Assembly: GCF_009914755.1 (NCBI RefSeq)
Contig: NC_060929.1
DNA length: 64,000 nt
Direction: 5' to 3' (one strand)
Origin: the human T2T-CHM13v2.0 reference genome, Homo sapiens
How positions within the stretch are numbered: position 1 is the stretch's first letter; each line of letters begins with the position of its first letter. The position numbers and the translations under genes were made by a program. Positions 1 to 13,085 of the stretch are shown here, in pieces. The notes under the pieces were generated by a model that ran no database searches, had not been told where the DNA came from, and saw nothing but the letters and a program-made list of their open reading frames with translations.

Positions 1-885
1 ATGGGCATGGTGCAGAAAGGGGCCAAACTCGGGGGATGGATGCTGAAGATGTGTGCCTTGGGTCACTGTGGCCAGCCATCAGGATGCCCTCTGAGTGGTA
101 CTGTCTCTTCCAGGTGCCAAGATTTTTAGGATGGCTCCACACAGAGGCACCTCCCTAGGCCACCTGCCTTCTCAGTCCCTTCAGTTGTTATATTCAAACC
201 TCACCTGCCAGTACCAGATCCTTGGTTTAACCCTGAGACCTCAGAGAGGGGCAGAGCAGGCAGATCTGGCCTCTGTTCCTGTGGCTTCACACCCACTTCT
301 TTCCTAGATCTTCTGGGACCTCAGAGATTGGGCTGTAGTGTCTTGAGGCAGTGTGAATGCAGCAACTGGTTTGGGATAGGCACCAGAAAACATGAAATCA
401 GAAACAAAGTATCTAGTCAACATGTGAATTCTATCAGGCTCTCACTTTTTTCATAAATTTTCTAAGTTTAAAATAAATACCAAATCATACATATATTTTT
501 AAATTGGCTACTTATCATCCTCATGTATTATAATAATTTAGGTGTATTTTCATTTTCTTGTATCCTATAATTAAATGCTTGCTCGAGTTTGTAAAGTGAA
601 GCAGTTTCACAAAGCCATGATTCACTGTATTCCAACACAATGCTAGATGATCAATTGCTGAGTCTTTGAAATACTCAGTAGAGCAAACTCAATGTTAATT
701 TTCAGGCATTTCTTTCAAGTGGCCTTTTTAATTTTCTGAGTTTCAAAGCAGGTGAGACTTCTTTCTATTTTCAGAGAAGTGTGCTTTCTATGGGTGTTTT
801 AGTTTGATTCTGAAATGTTTTCCAAATTCTTAACTTATTTGTATGTGGCATAAAGAGTGAAGATGCTAAAAGTCAACTCCCGCGT

Positions 886-1243
886 AGGAAGCACTGATTC
901 ATGCCTAAACATGGATGAACCCTGCAGTGCTACGCTAAGTGAAAGAAGCCGGAACAGAAGGTCAGATGTATGAGTCCACATGTAGGAAATAGTCAGAGGG
1001 CCAATTCTCAGAGCCAGAGGCAGAACACAGACTTCCGGGGGCTGTGGAAGGAGCAGGTGGGGACTTATTGTTTAATGGATATAAAGTTTTTGTTTGGGAT
1101 CATGAAAAAGTTCTGGAAATAGTGGTGATGGTTAACCCAATATTTTGAATGAATTTAATGCCATGGCAGTGTATACCTGAAACTGGTTCAAATGGTCATT
1201 TTTCTGTTATGTGCATTTTACCACAATAAAAACAAAATAAAAA
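886..1243 (+). mobile_element. Old LINE-1 3' end fragment (L1MB-like)
   Basis: Motifs acatggatgaaccctg..gctaagtgaaagaagcc, gggatcatgaaaaagttctggaaat..ggtgatggtt and ttttaccacaataaaa with an A-rich tail match L1MB 3' UTR consensus as recalled. Confidence 0.8.
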
Positions 1244-4087
1244 TCAACCTCTTGCAAATCAGATGAATGCACTGAAAGTAAAGAAAATAAAGTGTGCTTC
1301 CTGAGCAAGTGTGAGCGGCAATTTCCATTCAAGGACCTCTCAGGAGGCGGGCTCTTGGTGGGGGCAGGCCCTGCTTGGCCCAGCAGCCCTCCCTGACCTC
1401 AGAGGGTGCGTCATTATTTATTAGCAAAGCAATCTGGCTGCAGTGCGCCGTCAGCAGCCAGACGCCAATATAGAAAGGTCACAGCCTCCAACACTGCGCC
1501 AAGGGTGTTAGAGCAAATACAAATACAGCTTTTTAATTTCAGCTGAATTGATTAGATAACAATTGGAAGGTGTCACAGGTCAGGAGGTGCGAGCCAGCAG
1601 GTCAACAGAGAGAAAGGAGCCCGGGGCAGTGGTCACAGGGGTGCCAGGCTGCCACCCTCACCATGCCATGGCCCTTGTCTTCATAAATGAAGAAATGTCC
1701 ACTCGGGACCCAGATGCTTTCCACAGGACCAAGCACATGGCTCAGGGCCACCCCACAGTCAACACAGGTTAGAAATTAGTCTCTATTTGAAGTGAAATAC
1801 ACAAAGGCTCTCAAGGATTTTGAAAGGTGAGAAATAACGCCAGTGCCCAGTAGCACTGAGACTTGGAGTCACTGATACCCGCGTGTGGAGCTGTGTATGG
1901 CTTCCAGGCCTCAGAGCCACGGCTGTGGCTCTTCCTGGACGGGATGAAGGTACAGGAGACAGGAAGGGTGGGGCCTTGGCTACTTGAGAGGCCACCACAC
2001 CAGCTCAGCCCACAGAAGGTCTCACCTGTCCACAGCCCGCCAGTCCATAGGTTTAGGACTCACCCACAAGATGAGGCAGTGACAGCAGGGCCATGGTCCT
2101 TGTGGGAGGCAGCCTTGCTGTGCAGCAGTGAGGGGTATTCCTTCGCGTTCCTGTCATCCAGCTGACAATCTCTGGGTTCACAGACTAAGTGTCCAGAATC
2201 AAAAAGGCAGCATGGGACATCTACCCAAACCTCAGAAAAGGAAATGAGCAGAGATTCATCACAAAAAGGCATAAACATACATATATGCATGTACGATTAT
2301 TTAATTATATAAACACATTGTCTCACAAATCATCACACACATGCATGTAAATGTCATGGGATAATACTCTTGCCAATGAAAACTGGCAATTATTCAAAAG
2401 TACATGGCCCAGGAGTCTCTGCCAAGACCTCCTCCCTTGTCAATGGTGCAAGTTTCAGAGGCGGTTTCGAAGCGTCAGAACACAGGACCCTCTCTGTGGA
2501 GATGCAGACTGTGGGTCCTCTCTCTCCCACGGAAGGGTTTCGGATGCCTCGGCTACCCAGCTGCGACGGGACCTCCAGCTCAGAACCGGCTGGTGGGCTC
2601 GGTGCCACGAGAGCTCCCGGACGTGGATGAAACCCAAGGAATCCCCTGGGATGGCCAGGGGAGGAGGAGCCACGTGGCTGCTGGAAGGCATCACAGCTCA
2701 GCAGCCCGGGAAGACGCTCCTCGCTGCCCGCAGGCAGCTACAGGCATGAGGCTTTCCTCCGACCTCCTTCTTGCTCATTCAAGAGTATATTCTGGAATGG
2801 GAGTCAGACAGAGAAATGTGATCACCTCACCAGGCTTTAGTCTGCTCTCACTCGCAGAAGAAGACAGCAGCCCTCCGCCCATGGCGTTGGTGCGTCCTGG
2901 GGATGGTGCTGTGCCTCCTAACAGACCCGCACTCCGCCACACCTGGGCTCTGGCCGCCCCCAGCTGCTGAGCCGCTTCCTCTCCCGTCCTTCTCATAGCG
3001 TGCACTCACAGTGGAGCCCCAGAACTTGGGCGTCTGCATCACATTTTTACCAGAAACAACAAAAGGCAACTTTGGGAAAACAGACAACTTACCCTGAGAT
3101 CAGGGAACTGAATTTAGAACAAGAAGTCCCACCTAAGTTTGGACAGAAATAAATCTTAAGGAATAATTTATCTGTGCATTTTGTTTGTTGGAGTAGGAAT
3201 CCCTTCCAACCTGGTTCATATCTTGTACAATTGCTGGGAGCCTGGCTACCTTTCATCCTCCAAAAGTTTATGGTCTAGAAGCCACAAAGACAAGGAAAAC
3301 ACTTTTTGTTTCCTTTCTATTAAGATTCATCAATGCATTGTAAGTTAGAAAATAAACCTGAAAATCTGTGATGTGAACCATAACCCATAAACTCACACAG
3401 ATTTTTATCAGAAGTTATGTTTCATTTGTACTCTTTCCCAAAGAAGGAAAGGACTGTTACGAAAAACTGTCCGCTGCTGATAGGTAGGGAAGACAGTAAG
3501 CCCCGGTGTCCATTGAGGTCATTTTTCTGATGCTGATTCTTGAAACAGGCCCATTAATTTATGGATTGGCAATCTTCACTAGGGTCAATGAGAACAGCAA
3601 CAGTCAGCTTTTGCTACTTGAGTGAGACAAGCATCCCGTAGCCTGCTGCTCTCAGCCTTCACTTCAGCTTCCTCCCTTTCCTTTTCCTTTCTCTTCCCAG
3701 CAGACCCACACCTATGCTTTTTCAGAATGCATCCCAGGAGGAAACCAACTTCTTCTGTGACTTTAAACCTTTCATGTTGAGATCTAGAACAATTCATCAT
3801 GATAGTCATAAAGAAGTCTGGGGCTTAGCAATGCAGACATATTCGAGAATGAAGTTTTTAAAAATAAAATATCTGGGAATGTTCTCTCTGTACTCTTGTC
3901 AAAATGGATAAATACATTTATTTTAGAATTTTAAACATTTAAATTATGTATGTGTTGGATCTTCTCTTTGGCATCAGAAGGATCTCTCTGTGTCGAGAGG
4001 GCAAGGTGCCATGGGAAAGTGGCCCTGTGTTAGCGAGGAGCTGGCCCTAACCAAGATCAATGATCCCATCTCTTTCCTCTTCAGGGC

Positions 4088-4243
4088 TTAGCAAGCTATT
4101 GGCGGTTCACAGGACACCTAAAATAGTTAGCAAGCTATCGGCCACTCACGGGACACCTAAAATAGTTAGCAAGCTATCGGCCATTCACGGGACACCTAAA
4201 ACAGTTAGCAAGCTATCGGCTGTTCATGGGACACCTAAAACAG
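4088..4243. repeat. 39-bp minisatellite, 4 copies
   Basis: Unit ttagcaagctatcggccattcacgggacacctaaaatag starts at 4088, 4127, 4166 and 4205. Confidence 0.97.
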
Positions 4244-4679
4244 GACTAAGAGAGAGAGAGGGGAGAGCAGCCAGGATCAAGAGTGCAGAGAATGCTGTTC
4301 TTTTCCTTTCTGCTTTCAATTTTGGGGATTGTCAGTATGTGCTGTCACAAATCAACATTTATTTATGGAGTGCTGTGGCTGGGGTGCTGCATTTTACCCT
4401 CTTGTCTCCATCTTTTCATCTGCAAATAGAGTCAGCCATGTTGCATAGCTAGACCTTAAATTAGGAATCAACAAATTAACATTAAAAGACCCGATCAGCG
4501 AATTTTATGTTTTTTCCATGCCATTAAGTAGGATGCATTTATTCATTATAATTATAAAAATAACGTTGATGTAAAATTGGAAAATTATAGAAAGAATGAA
4601 TAATTAAATGCAAATTACCTGTAATCCCATAATTGGTCTTCAAGAGGGTATTTCAGAGCAAACAAGACACATACACGCT

Positions 4680-4702
4680 CACACACACACACACACACAC
4701 AC
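4680..4702. repeat. (CA)n microsatellite
   Basis: Pure CA run seen directly. Confidence 0.95.
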
Positions 4703-5013
4703 AACTGGTATCATTTTGCACATCAAGGCTGGGAATCTGGACATCACCATGGGAAGCACTGAGCTATACTTCTGTACTTTCAGGGGCCCTACCACATCTT
4801 GACTTCCTCTTGCTTCTTAGAAGCTTTCAATCTAGTTGTCAAGAGAGTAAGTATTTGGAAAAAAACCCCAGATAATAATAAAATGCTTTAATAAGATTTC
4901 AGTATAAGAGCAAATCAATGCTACAGTTTAATGGATGATTTGTCAGCAAATGAACTTCCCAGGCAGTAGTTATAACAGCCATGGAGGGAGGCAGGGAAAG
5001 GGTAAGTGATCGC

Positions 5014-5180
5014 TCTTATTGAACATCTATACCATAGGCAGTGATGCAAATGCTTTATATAAACGATCTCATTAAATCCCATAACACCTGTAGAATATAA
5101 TCTTATCTATTCTTTTTTACAGAGCTTGAAGCAGAGACTGTGCGAATAGAGGGCTTCCTTAAAGTATCACACAGCAAGGC
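5014..5180 (-). mobile_element. MIR fragment
   Basis: ttattgaacatcta..atgctttatata..atctcattaaatccc..ttttacaga..aaagtatcacacagc resembles the reverse MIR core. Confidence 0.55.
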
Positions 5181-5987
5181 TAAGCAGGGATAAATATTGG
5201 GGAGGCAGCGAGTTCTATGCTGGTGCAATTTTGGTGCACATGTGTGCAGTGGTTTTAGGAAACTTTGACTAAACACAAGTGATTAGTATAATTGATTCAA
5301 GCAGAGGGAATATTATGAAAGTGAGTGGAAGTCTCAGATAGTCCACAGTATTATCTAAGAGTCCTTTCTGAGCATCCTGCTCCATTTAAAGAGGATAAAA
5401 ATATCCATGACATCAGTTGCTGTAAGGATTCAATAATACAGGAAAGTGTCAACACAATCAGCTTTTAATAAATAGTGTCTTTGATTGCTGGGAGATCTGC
5501 ATTTCTGCACATCATTCGACCAAATCAAGTGTATGAACCAGTGGACCCATGCCAACCTGGAACAGAATTGCCAGTGCCGTTCTCAGGCCCCGTCCCAGGT
5601 TATTTGTCTAAAAGATGAATCAATGCCTTGGATAATGAAATTGCTGCCATCTCAAGCAGACACTCAGATGACATAGAACTGCCAAAGAGTGGTTACTAAG
5701 AGGCTTAAGCAGTTCACAATAGGCTGGGGCAGTGGATGAGTTCAGTGTCACAATGAATTATATAGAAACACATAATCACAACGTCCTTACAGGAAAATCC
5801 ACACACACAAACACACACATGCAGACACACAGACACTGAATTAAAAACTTAACAGAAAGTGTTTTGTATTTTCAATGGAACTAGAGAGGCCATCAAAGTG
5901 GAAAAGAAGATATAACAAAATTTGATGATTTAATGAGTGAGGTAATTCAACAGGAAACTCAAAATTTATAAGATATTTCTATGCATA

Positions 5988-6298
5988 TGCTGGGTGCGGT
6001 GGCTCACGCCTGTAATCCCAGCACTTTGGCAGGCCAAGGCAGGTGGATCATGAGGTCAGGAGATCGAGACCATCCTGGCTAACACGGTGAAACCCTGTCT
6101 CTACTAAAAATACAAAAAATTAGCCAGGCGTGGTGGCGGGTGCCTGTAGTCCCAGCGACTCGGGAGGCTGAGGCAGGAGAATGGCGTGAATCCGGGAGGC
6201 GGAGCTTGCGGTGAGCCTAGATCATGCCACTGCACTCCAGCCTTCCAGCCTGGGTGACAGAGCAAGACTCCATCTCAAAAAAAAAAAAAAAAAAAAAA
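5988..6298 (+). mobile_element. AluY, full length, with internal 8-bp duplication (tccagcct)
   Basis: AluY-type diagnostics gagatcgagaccatcctggctaacacgg and gaatggcgtgaa; poly-A tail; TSD gatatttctatgcata (5972-5987) / gatatttctaggcata (6300-6315). Confidence 0.95.
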
Positions 6299-6320
6299 CG
6301 ATATTTCTAGGCATAAAGCC

Positions 6321-6616
6321 TTTTTTTAAATTTTTTTCTGAGATGGAGTTTTGATCTTGTTGCCCAGGCTGGAGTGCAATAGCATGATCTCAGCTCACTG
6401 CAACTCCGCTTCCCAGGTTCAAGTGATTCTCCTGTCTCAGCCTCCCAAGTAGCTGGAATTACAGGTGCCCGCCACTACGCCCGGCTAATTTTTGTATTTT
6501 TAGTAGAGACGGGGTTTCATCATATTGGTCAGGCTGGTCTCGAACTCCTGACCTCAGGTGATCCGCCCGCCTCTGCCTCCTAAAGTGCTGTGAGATGTGA
6601 GCGGCCACGCCCGGCC
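6321..6616 (-). mobile_element. AluS (Sp/Sq-like)
   Basis: Poly-T followed by gagatggagttttgatcttgttgcccaggctggagtgcaat, ending cccggcc; degenerate TSD cataaagcctttt / cataaaacccttt. Confidence 0.95.
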
Positions 6617-8069
6617 ACATAAAACCCTTTTTATACATGGAAATGAAAAGGAATATCATCTCTTGCTCCTGGACATTCACATTGTTGGGGGAGGGAGAGC
6701 TTGTCTGGGGAAGAAGCCCAATATTAGAGACGAGGCCTCAATTCTGCACCCTGGGACAGCATTCCCAGGAAAGGAAATGGGAACGGGTCATCGGCAGGAC
6801 ACATGGGTAGAGAGCTCTATTCGGTTTTCACAGGCTAACTTTGAGTCGTGGCATCGAATACCACTGTTCAAGAGGTGTTGCAAATAAAGAACCTGAAGAC
6901 AGGAGTGAGACCAGGAATGGAAATATAAACCTAAGAATAATTGTGCTCAAGCTGTTGCATGAAGGTGGGAGAATCATTCTCTTGGAGCTGAAGTAAAAGC
7001 AGGGTTAGGTGGAGAATCACACAAGCAATGGCAACACCTACGTGAATTTAGATCAGAAGAAACTGCAGGTGACAAACCTGTCTGTTTAGGATTAAGGAGC
7101 CAGAAGAATGGATTTATCTGGGGTTGGCCTGGGGGTCAGGGGAAGAGTGTTGTCACAGGCAAAGTTTGCCCCAGTAGCTAGCAGTGCTAGAGAAAGAGCA
7201 AGGGGGATGAAGTCAGGGCAGGGCCGCAGGTCTCCATACAGATGACAGCTCAGAAAGGGCAAGATGTGTCACAGAAAATCAGAAGTTGGAGAGGAATTTG
7301 TTTATCAGATCATTAAACTGCGGCCGTTCGTCTGTAAAGGAAAGAGACAGAGCTCTATGATAGAAGGCAGGAGGATCATGTGCGGCTTTTGAAGATGAGG
7401 AGAATGGGGAAAAATGGAGTTGAATGTAGGAAGAGGCCTTTCCATGGAGCCATCCTCCCAAGGACCTCAGCAAGGATCTGCTCCCCAGGCAAGGAGGGCG
7501 TGTGGGTCTCGGATCACAGAGAGGAGGAGGAGGTGTGAGGCCGGGAGGGCACAGGAGGACCAGGGAGGGTGCAGGAGAACCACTGAGAAAAATGGCAGAG
7601 ACCTTGACACATGGAGGACAAAAGTGAACTTGATTTTCTTAACAAAACTGAAGGCCACAGTTGAAGAGAGAGAGCATGAGACAGCTTGATCGAAATGGTG
7701 AAGCTTTGGAGAGATTTTGCGGGGAATGCACTGGAGAACCATGAAGATGTGGAAACAAACAAACAAACAAAAAACCGCTTTTGCATCTTCAGACATCTCA
7801 CTTGTCATCACCAGCACAGTGCCATGCATGAGTGACCCATTGCAGGGAAACAAACCAGAGATCTCCCATGAATGTCTCCGGAAACACAAAGAGAACAGAA
7901 AGTAGAAACAGCAGGGAGAATGCAGATCAGAGGATCAGCAAAGTGGACCCAGAAGCTCAGAGCACAGGCGAGCTCAAGGTCAAGACTGTTGAGGTCACCA
8001 ACCTCAAAACAGAGTTTATGGCTTGTCACAGAACCAGCTGGAAGCAAAAGGGATTGGATGTGGGTTGGA

Positions 8070-8240
8070 TGTGGTGCTGGTACAGGTGTAGACAAGCAGG
8101 TCAACAGAACAGAATAGAAAACCGGAGGCTGAGCCTAGGGTGTATAAGTGCTTTATGTGAAACTTGAAGCAACATATCCAATTATTTGGGGAAAGATTTA
8201 TTTAGTAAGTAACGTGAGAGAAATTGATTACCTATGTCAA
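8070..8240 (+). mobile_element. Degenerate L1 ORF2 fragment
   Basis: gtggtgctggtacagg..agacaa..caacagaacagaataga..ggggaaagat resembles the L1 ORF2 3' region. Confidence 0.5.
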
Positions 8241-8305
8241 ATGAGAGAGGGAGATCCAGTAGAATTTTAAGGGAATAGGATGAAACAAAACTTATATTAA
8301 TTTAG

Positions 8306-8632
<327 letters not shown>

Positions 8633-10689
8633 TAGCAGGCATTTAATTTGTAAAATGTGAAATCTAATTTGATCTGAACAACCCTTCCATGATGGAAGAA
8701 GCAGCGACTCCATATTTTTCTGGTGAGAAAACTTCAATTTTTGAGAGGCTAAGAGATACTAGTCTTTTGAGAAATCAAGGCTAGCCTCCTTTCAAAGCCC
8801 CTTTTCGTGATGCTGAATTTTAGTCCTGTGAGCCCAGGGAGGATACAATACCTTCAGGAGGGCACCTTGCTACCCCGGTTTTGGCTCAGCTGGCACAGTG
8901 GGAAGCCTGCCTGGTCATAATAAATGCACAGTACTTGAGCTGGACGAGATGGAATACAATTGAATCCTGCAGACCCTCAAGGAAGGAAGATATGAACTCC
9001 GTCTAACTTCTCTAATAATCAAAATTACTTCCAAACAACAGCTTACCCAATAAAGCTCAATAAAGCAAAATCGAACCCCTAATAAAATAGTCCAGAAGAT
9101 GCTGAACTAGAGGAACATTGGCTTTAGGTAACCGCAGCTTTACCGAAGGTCAGTAATCATGTGTCTTTAAAGTGTATAAAGTGCTCTGGGATTTTGTTAA
9201 CCCGGAAAGTCATTGTTTATAAAAGACGAGTGTAGGTGACAGTGGAGGCGTCACCTGGATCTACCTTTAACGATGGAAAAGGCATCTCCTTAGCTGCTGG
9301 GAGTGAGGCCAGCAGACAGCCTTCTGTGGCAGCCTTCCTCAGTGGCCACCTCAGGGGAAGTGCCTGTTCCGCCCAAAATCACACCTCCCTCTAGGGGCAA
9401 CCGGTGACCCAGCCCCACCCTGAGAAGAGTCTACAGAGCCATCTCACTTGGGAGCTGCCCAGGGGTGGGTCCAGGCCTCCATGGAGACAGCCCTGCAACC
9501 ACCTCCTCTTTGCGTAATCTATGTTGTCCCACTTCTCACAGGGGCCAACCCAAGAGCACTGCCTAATAGACCGCCTGGACCCTGATTTCTGTCTCAACCT
9601 GCAGCAATTCGGGAACCCAAGGCTGCAACCCTTAGGAACCAAGAGGACCCAGCTCTTGTGCCTGAATTTCTCAAGCTACCTCTTGATATGCCTACCTTCC
9701 ACTGCAAAATAATCCCAGACGTGAAATGTGTACTATTCTGTATGACAAAGGAGAGATACCTAATTACCAAGATATGCTGGATTTGGATGTAGGTCATTTT
9801 TCCAGCAAGTTTTAGCCCTGTCAAAAACGTAATCCCATTAAAATTAAAACATGTAGTTTATTGTGTATACAAAAGAACAGTTTGCAAAACCAGAGATTTG
9901 CCATCAAAAGTGGTAAGAAGCTCCACTTAGAGTGGTCACAGAACAGCTGGAAGAGGTATTTGGAACTTTTTGTCATTGGCTGTTACACACTGACATTCTT
10001 CTTAAAGGCAAAAAAAACTGTTCAAGCTAATATGTCTATAGTTGATTGGCTTAATGTTACTGAATCATGCTGACAAGGATGTAAAGCTTATGTTTCATGT
10101 TTTGTTTATGATTAGAGCTTAAATTTGGGGGAAATCAGGATGACTTAAGTTTGGGCTATGTGGCAATGGGCAGTTGGTCTTGAGGCTCTATGCAAACTGT
10201 GGTCTCCACTTTTAGTTTTTTCTTTGACACCCCTAAAGTGTTCATTGACACTTTCAATGGGGACCCACCATCTGTTTTAGAAGTTTTAATCCAGTTTATG
10301 CTGATTTTACGTTGTTACCTATTTCCGTATGTTTCTTATGTCTGAAAAGCCTTTGAAACTTACTCTAGTGAAATAAAATAAAGCAGGGGTGGAGGAGCTG
10401 GGGACCCCAAGACCTCCCTGGTCGCCTTCTGCCATTGCCTCTCTCCTGAGGAGGGTGCAGGTTGCTTACACCCAGCCCTAAGCTTCTCCCACCGTCCTCT
10501 GCTAGTTCATTTTCTCCTGAAATGTGTAGAGAACAACGTAGTGAATGTGTTACACCCAAACCCACATCGGTCTCAAATCCTAGAATGTAGTCGTATTGTC
10601 CAGATCATTTTTAAAGAAATAGAAAAATGACTAAGCCAATGCCAGCACCCTGAGTGTGTCCCTCCCTGAGTGTGCCTCTCCCACTGGAT

Positions 10690-12150
10690 TCCCCTTTCTC
10701 CTTCACCAGAAGCACCTGCACCGAAGATTTGGTGTTAATTGTCCTGTGGCATTTTTTTCCTTTTAACTTTTGCTACACATCTGTTTATCCATAAACAATA
10801 GAGAGTACTATTTCACATATTGTTACACTTTAGATCAACATGGCATTGCACTGCAGATCTCTTTCTGCAACTTGCTTTGGAGTTGTTGTACCATGTTAGG
10901 TTCTGAAATATTGCCTTAGACTTTTTCTGTAAAGAGGCAGATAATAGATGTTTTAGGCTGTGTGGGCAACTACTCAACTGTATCCTTGTCATGTGAAAGT
11001 AGCCATTGATAATACATAACCCAATGGGCTTGGCTGGGTTCCAGCCAAACTTTATTTACAAAAGCAGGCAGCTGGCCAGATTTGGTTTGTGAGCTATAGT
11101 CTGCAGATCCCTGCTTCAGATGAAGTCCATGATTTAAACTCCTGTGCAGTGCTCCATTCATGAATTTGGCATGATTTATTTACCTGCTCTCTTTTGTGCT
11201 ACATATTTACATTGTTTCTGTTTTTTTTTCTTATCTGAAACAATATTGAAATCAACATTCTTAGGACACCTACCTAGAAATGGACTCATACATAGAGATG
11301 TCCTCAGCTTCACCATGTTTGCCTCTGAAGTTATTTTATTAATTCACACTCTACCCTCACCAGCAGAGTATGAGATGCCTAAATTCTCTACTTTCTCAAC
11401 CAAACTTCCTAGAGTCAGACTTAAAACATTTTTGCCAAACTAATGAGCATGGTCTGATACCTTAATTTTCATTTATCTGAATCATTCCAATGTCCTTTTC
11501 TGTAAATTCTATATGTTAATTCTTTGCTTTGTCATCTATTTCTTTGTGTATATTCCCTTATATATAGTCCTGTAAGATTACATATATTTAAAGACTTCTC
11601 TTTAATTCATGAAACCAATCCTTCACTTACTTAACTACAATACAAGTTAATGACTTGTCTTATCTCCTTGTTAATGGTGCTTTTTTTTTGCCCAGTCTTT
11701 AATGTTAGTGTAATGAAGTTTGTTTTTCTTTACTCCTCCTGCATTTGTGTCTTTTTGAAGGAATAATTTTTTAGCCCCAAATAATAAAAGTGACCACCTA
11801 CATCATCTTCAAAATGTTTTAAGATGTTGCTTTTGACACTGAGGTCTTATGGTACAGTTTCATGTATGGTGTAAGGTAAGAATTTAACCCCACCAAACTT
11901 TCCCATATGAGTAATGAATGTTTTAAACGCGATGTAATAATTTCATCTGTCTTTACTCTGTCATTGCTCTTCCACTTTAGAGTGTTAGGAAATATGTCCA
12001 TCCTTCTATTGGCTGTTTTTGAACTTTAATCTTCCACAATGGACAGTGTAGAGATTTGAACTGTAATTGCATTAAGTTTAGGGAGTAGTTTGGGGAGAAT
12101 GGTATCTCTGCAACTATGTGTCTTCTTCTCCATATGTTCCCATGCTATCA
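10690..12150 (-). mobile_element. Ancient L1 (L1ME-like) remnant interrupted by MER58A
   Basis: T-rich sequence with reverse L1M motifs: tctgcaacttgcttt, acctagaaatgga, ttttgccaaactaatgag, ttcatgtatggtgtaaggtaag, gtagtttggggagaat. Confidence 0.65.
10918..11113. mobile_element. MER58A (hAT-Charlie non-autonomous DNA transposon)
   Basis: ctttttctgtaaag..gttttaggct..caactactcaact..aaactttatttacaaaa..ggccagatttgg..ccctg matches MER58A as recalled. Confidence 0.85.
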
Positions 12151-12281
12151 GGACTTCCTTCATGTTGTGTGTGGTTGAGATGATCACATTTTTACCCCTC
12201 CTCCCACTGAAAAGGGGATTTGCTCCCTCTTGAGGCCAGGCTGCTTCCTTGACTTACTTGAGGAGCCGAGTGTGAGGTACG

Positions 12282-12378
12282 TAGAGGGATCAGCTTGACC
12301 AGTTTGCCTGGGACTTTCCCAGGTTTGGCACTGAGAAGCCTCTTGGCTCTGAGCATGAAGTGATGGTTGACCATCCTA
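12282..12378. mobile_element. MER81/MER94-like hAT-Blackjack MITE
   Basis: cagtttgcctgggactttcccaggtttggcactga lies between degenerate TIRs tagagggatcagc / ggttgaccatccta. Confidence 0.65.
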
Positions 12379-13019
12379 TGACTTCCAAGACAAGGTCCTG
12401 GGTATTTTGGAGACAGTTGGCCTTTGGGGACGCGTTGTCACAGCAACCCCAGGTTGGATAAACCGGTAAATGCTCATGGCAATGAGCTGCCCCATTTCTA
12501 CACCACTCCACGGGTCACACAGACCTGGATACATTCACCCCGTCAGACAGTGGAAGAGGCTTTAACAGTCTTTGTGGAATCCTGATTAGTCTATTTATAT
12601 AAATTTATACAAATTTAATCATACACTAATCCAATCTAAGACATTGTTTAAAGAAATACTACATTTAATGTTTTAATAGAACACAAAAAAACTTAATGCT
12701 TGTTTTACAAATTTAACTTGCATCAGATTTTCATCAAGAGGTCCACCCCTTAGAATATTAGATGCACTGAGAAGCAAGATAAATTTCTGTAGCCATTGCC
12801 AAGGCATAGATTGGCCTCCTAAGCCATCAAGCAAGCAGTAACACCAAGTTAGTATGGCTAAATTTTATTGTTTTTTATAATTTAAAATATAATAACCATA
12901 GGAACTCAATAAAGAACTGGTAATAAAGAAGTTACGGAGATAAATTACTCTAAATGGAAAATAAATGACACTTGGTGATAAGGCTTATGAGGTCTGGGAC
13001 TCGGCCCACCATGTTCACA

Positions 13020-13085
13020 GCAGCATCCCCACCACCCAGACATGCCTGGCTCACAATTGGCACACAATAAATCCTCGTTGAATAT
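13020..13085 (+). mobile_element. L2 3' end fragment
   Basis: atgcctggctcacaattggcacacaataaatcctcgttgaat resembles the L2 terminus. Confidence 0.5.

Noticed and set aside
2404-2970. 188-aa ORF and overlapping ORFs in a GC/CpG-richer patch
   Set aside because: No recognisable domain, open frames on both strands as expected from GC content, and no clear promoter or exon structure.
4088-4243. Resemblance of the 39-bp array to a CRISPR array or tracrRNA words (tagcaag, taaaata)
   Set aside because: The variable parts are 9-nt point variants of one another rather than spacers, the context is primate, and there are no cas genes.
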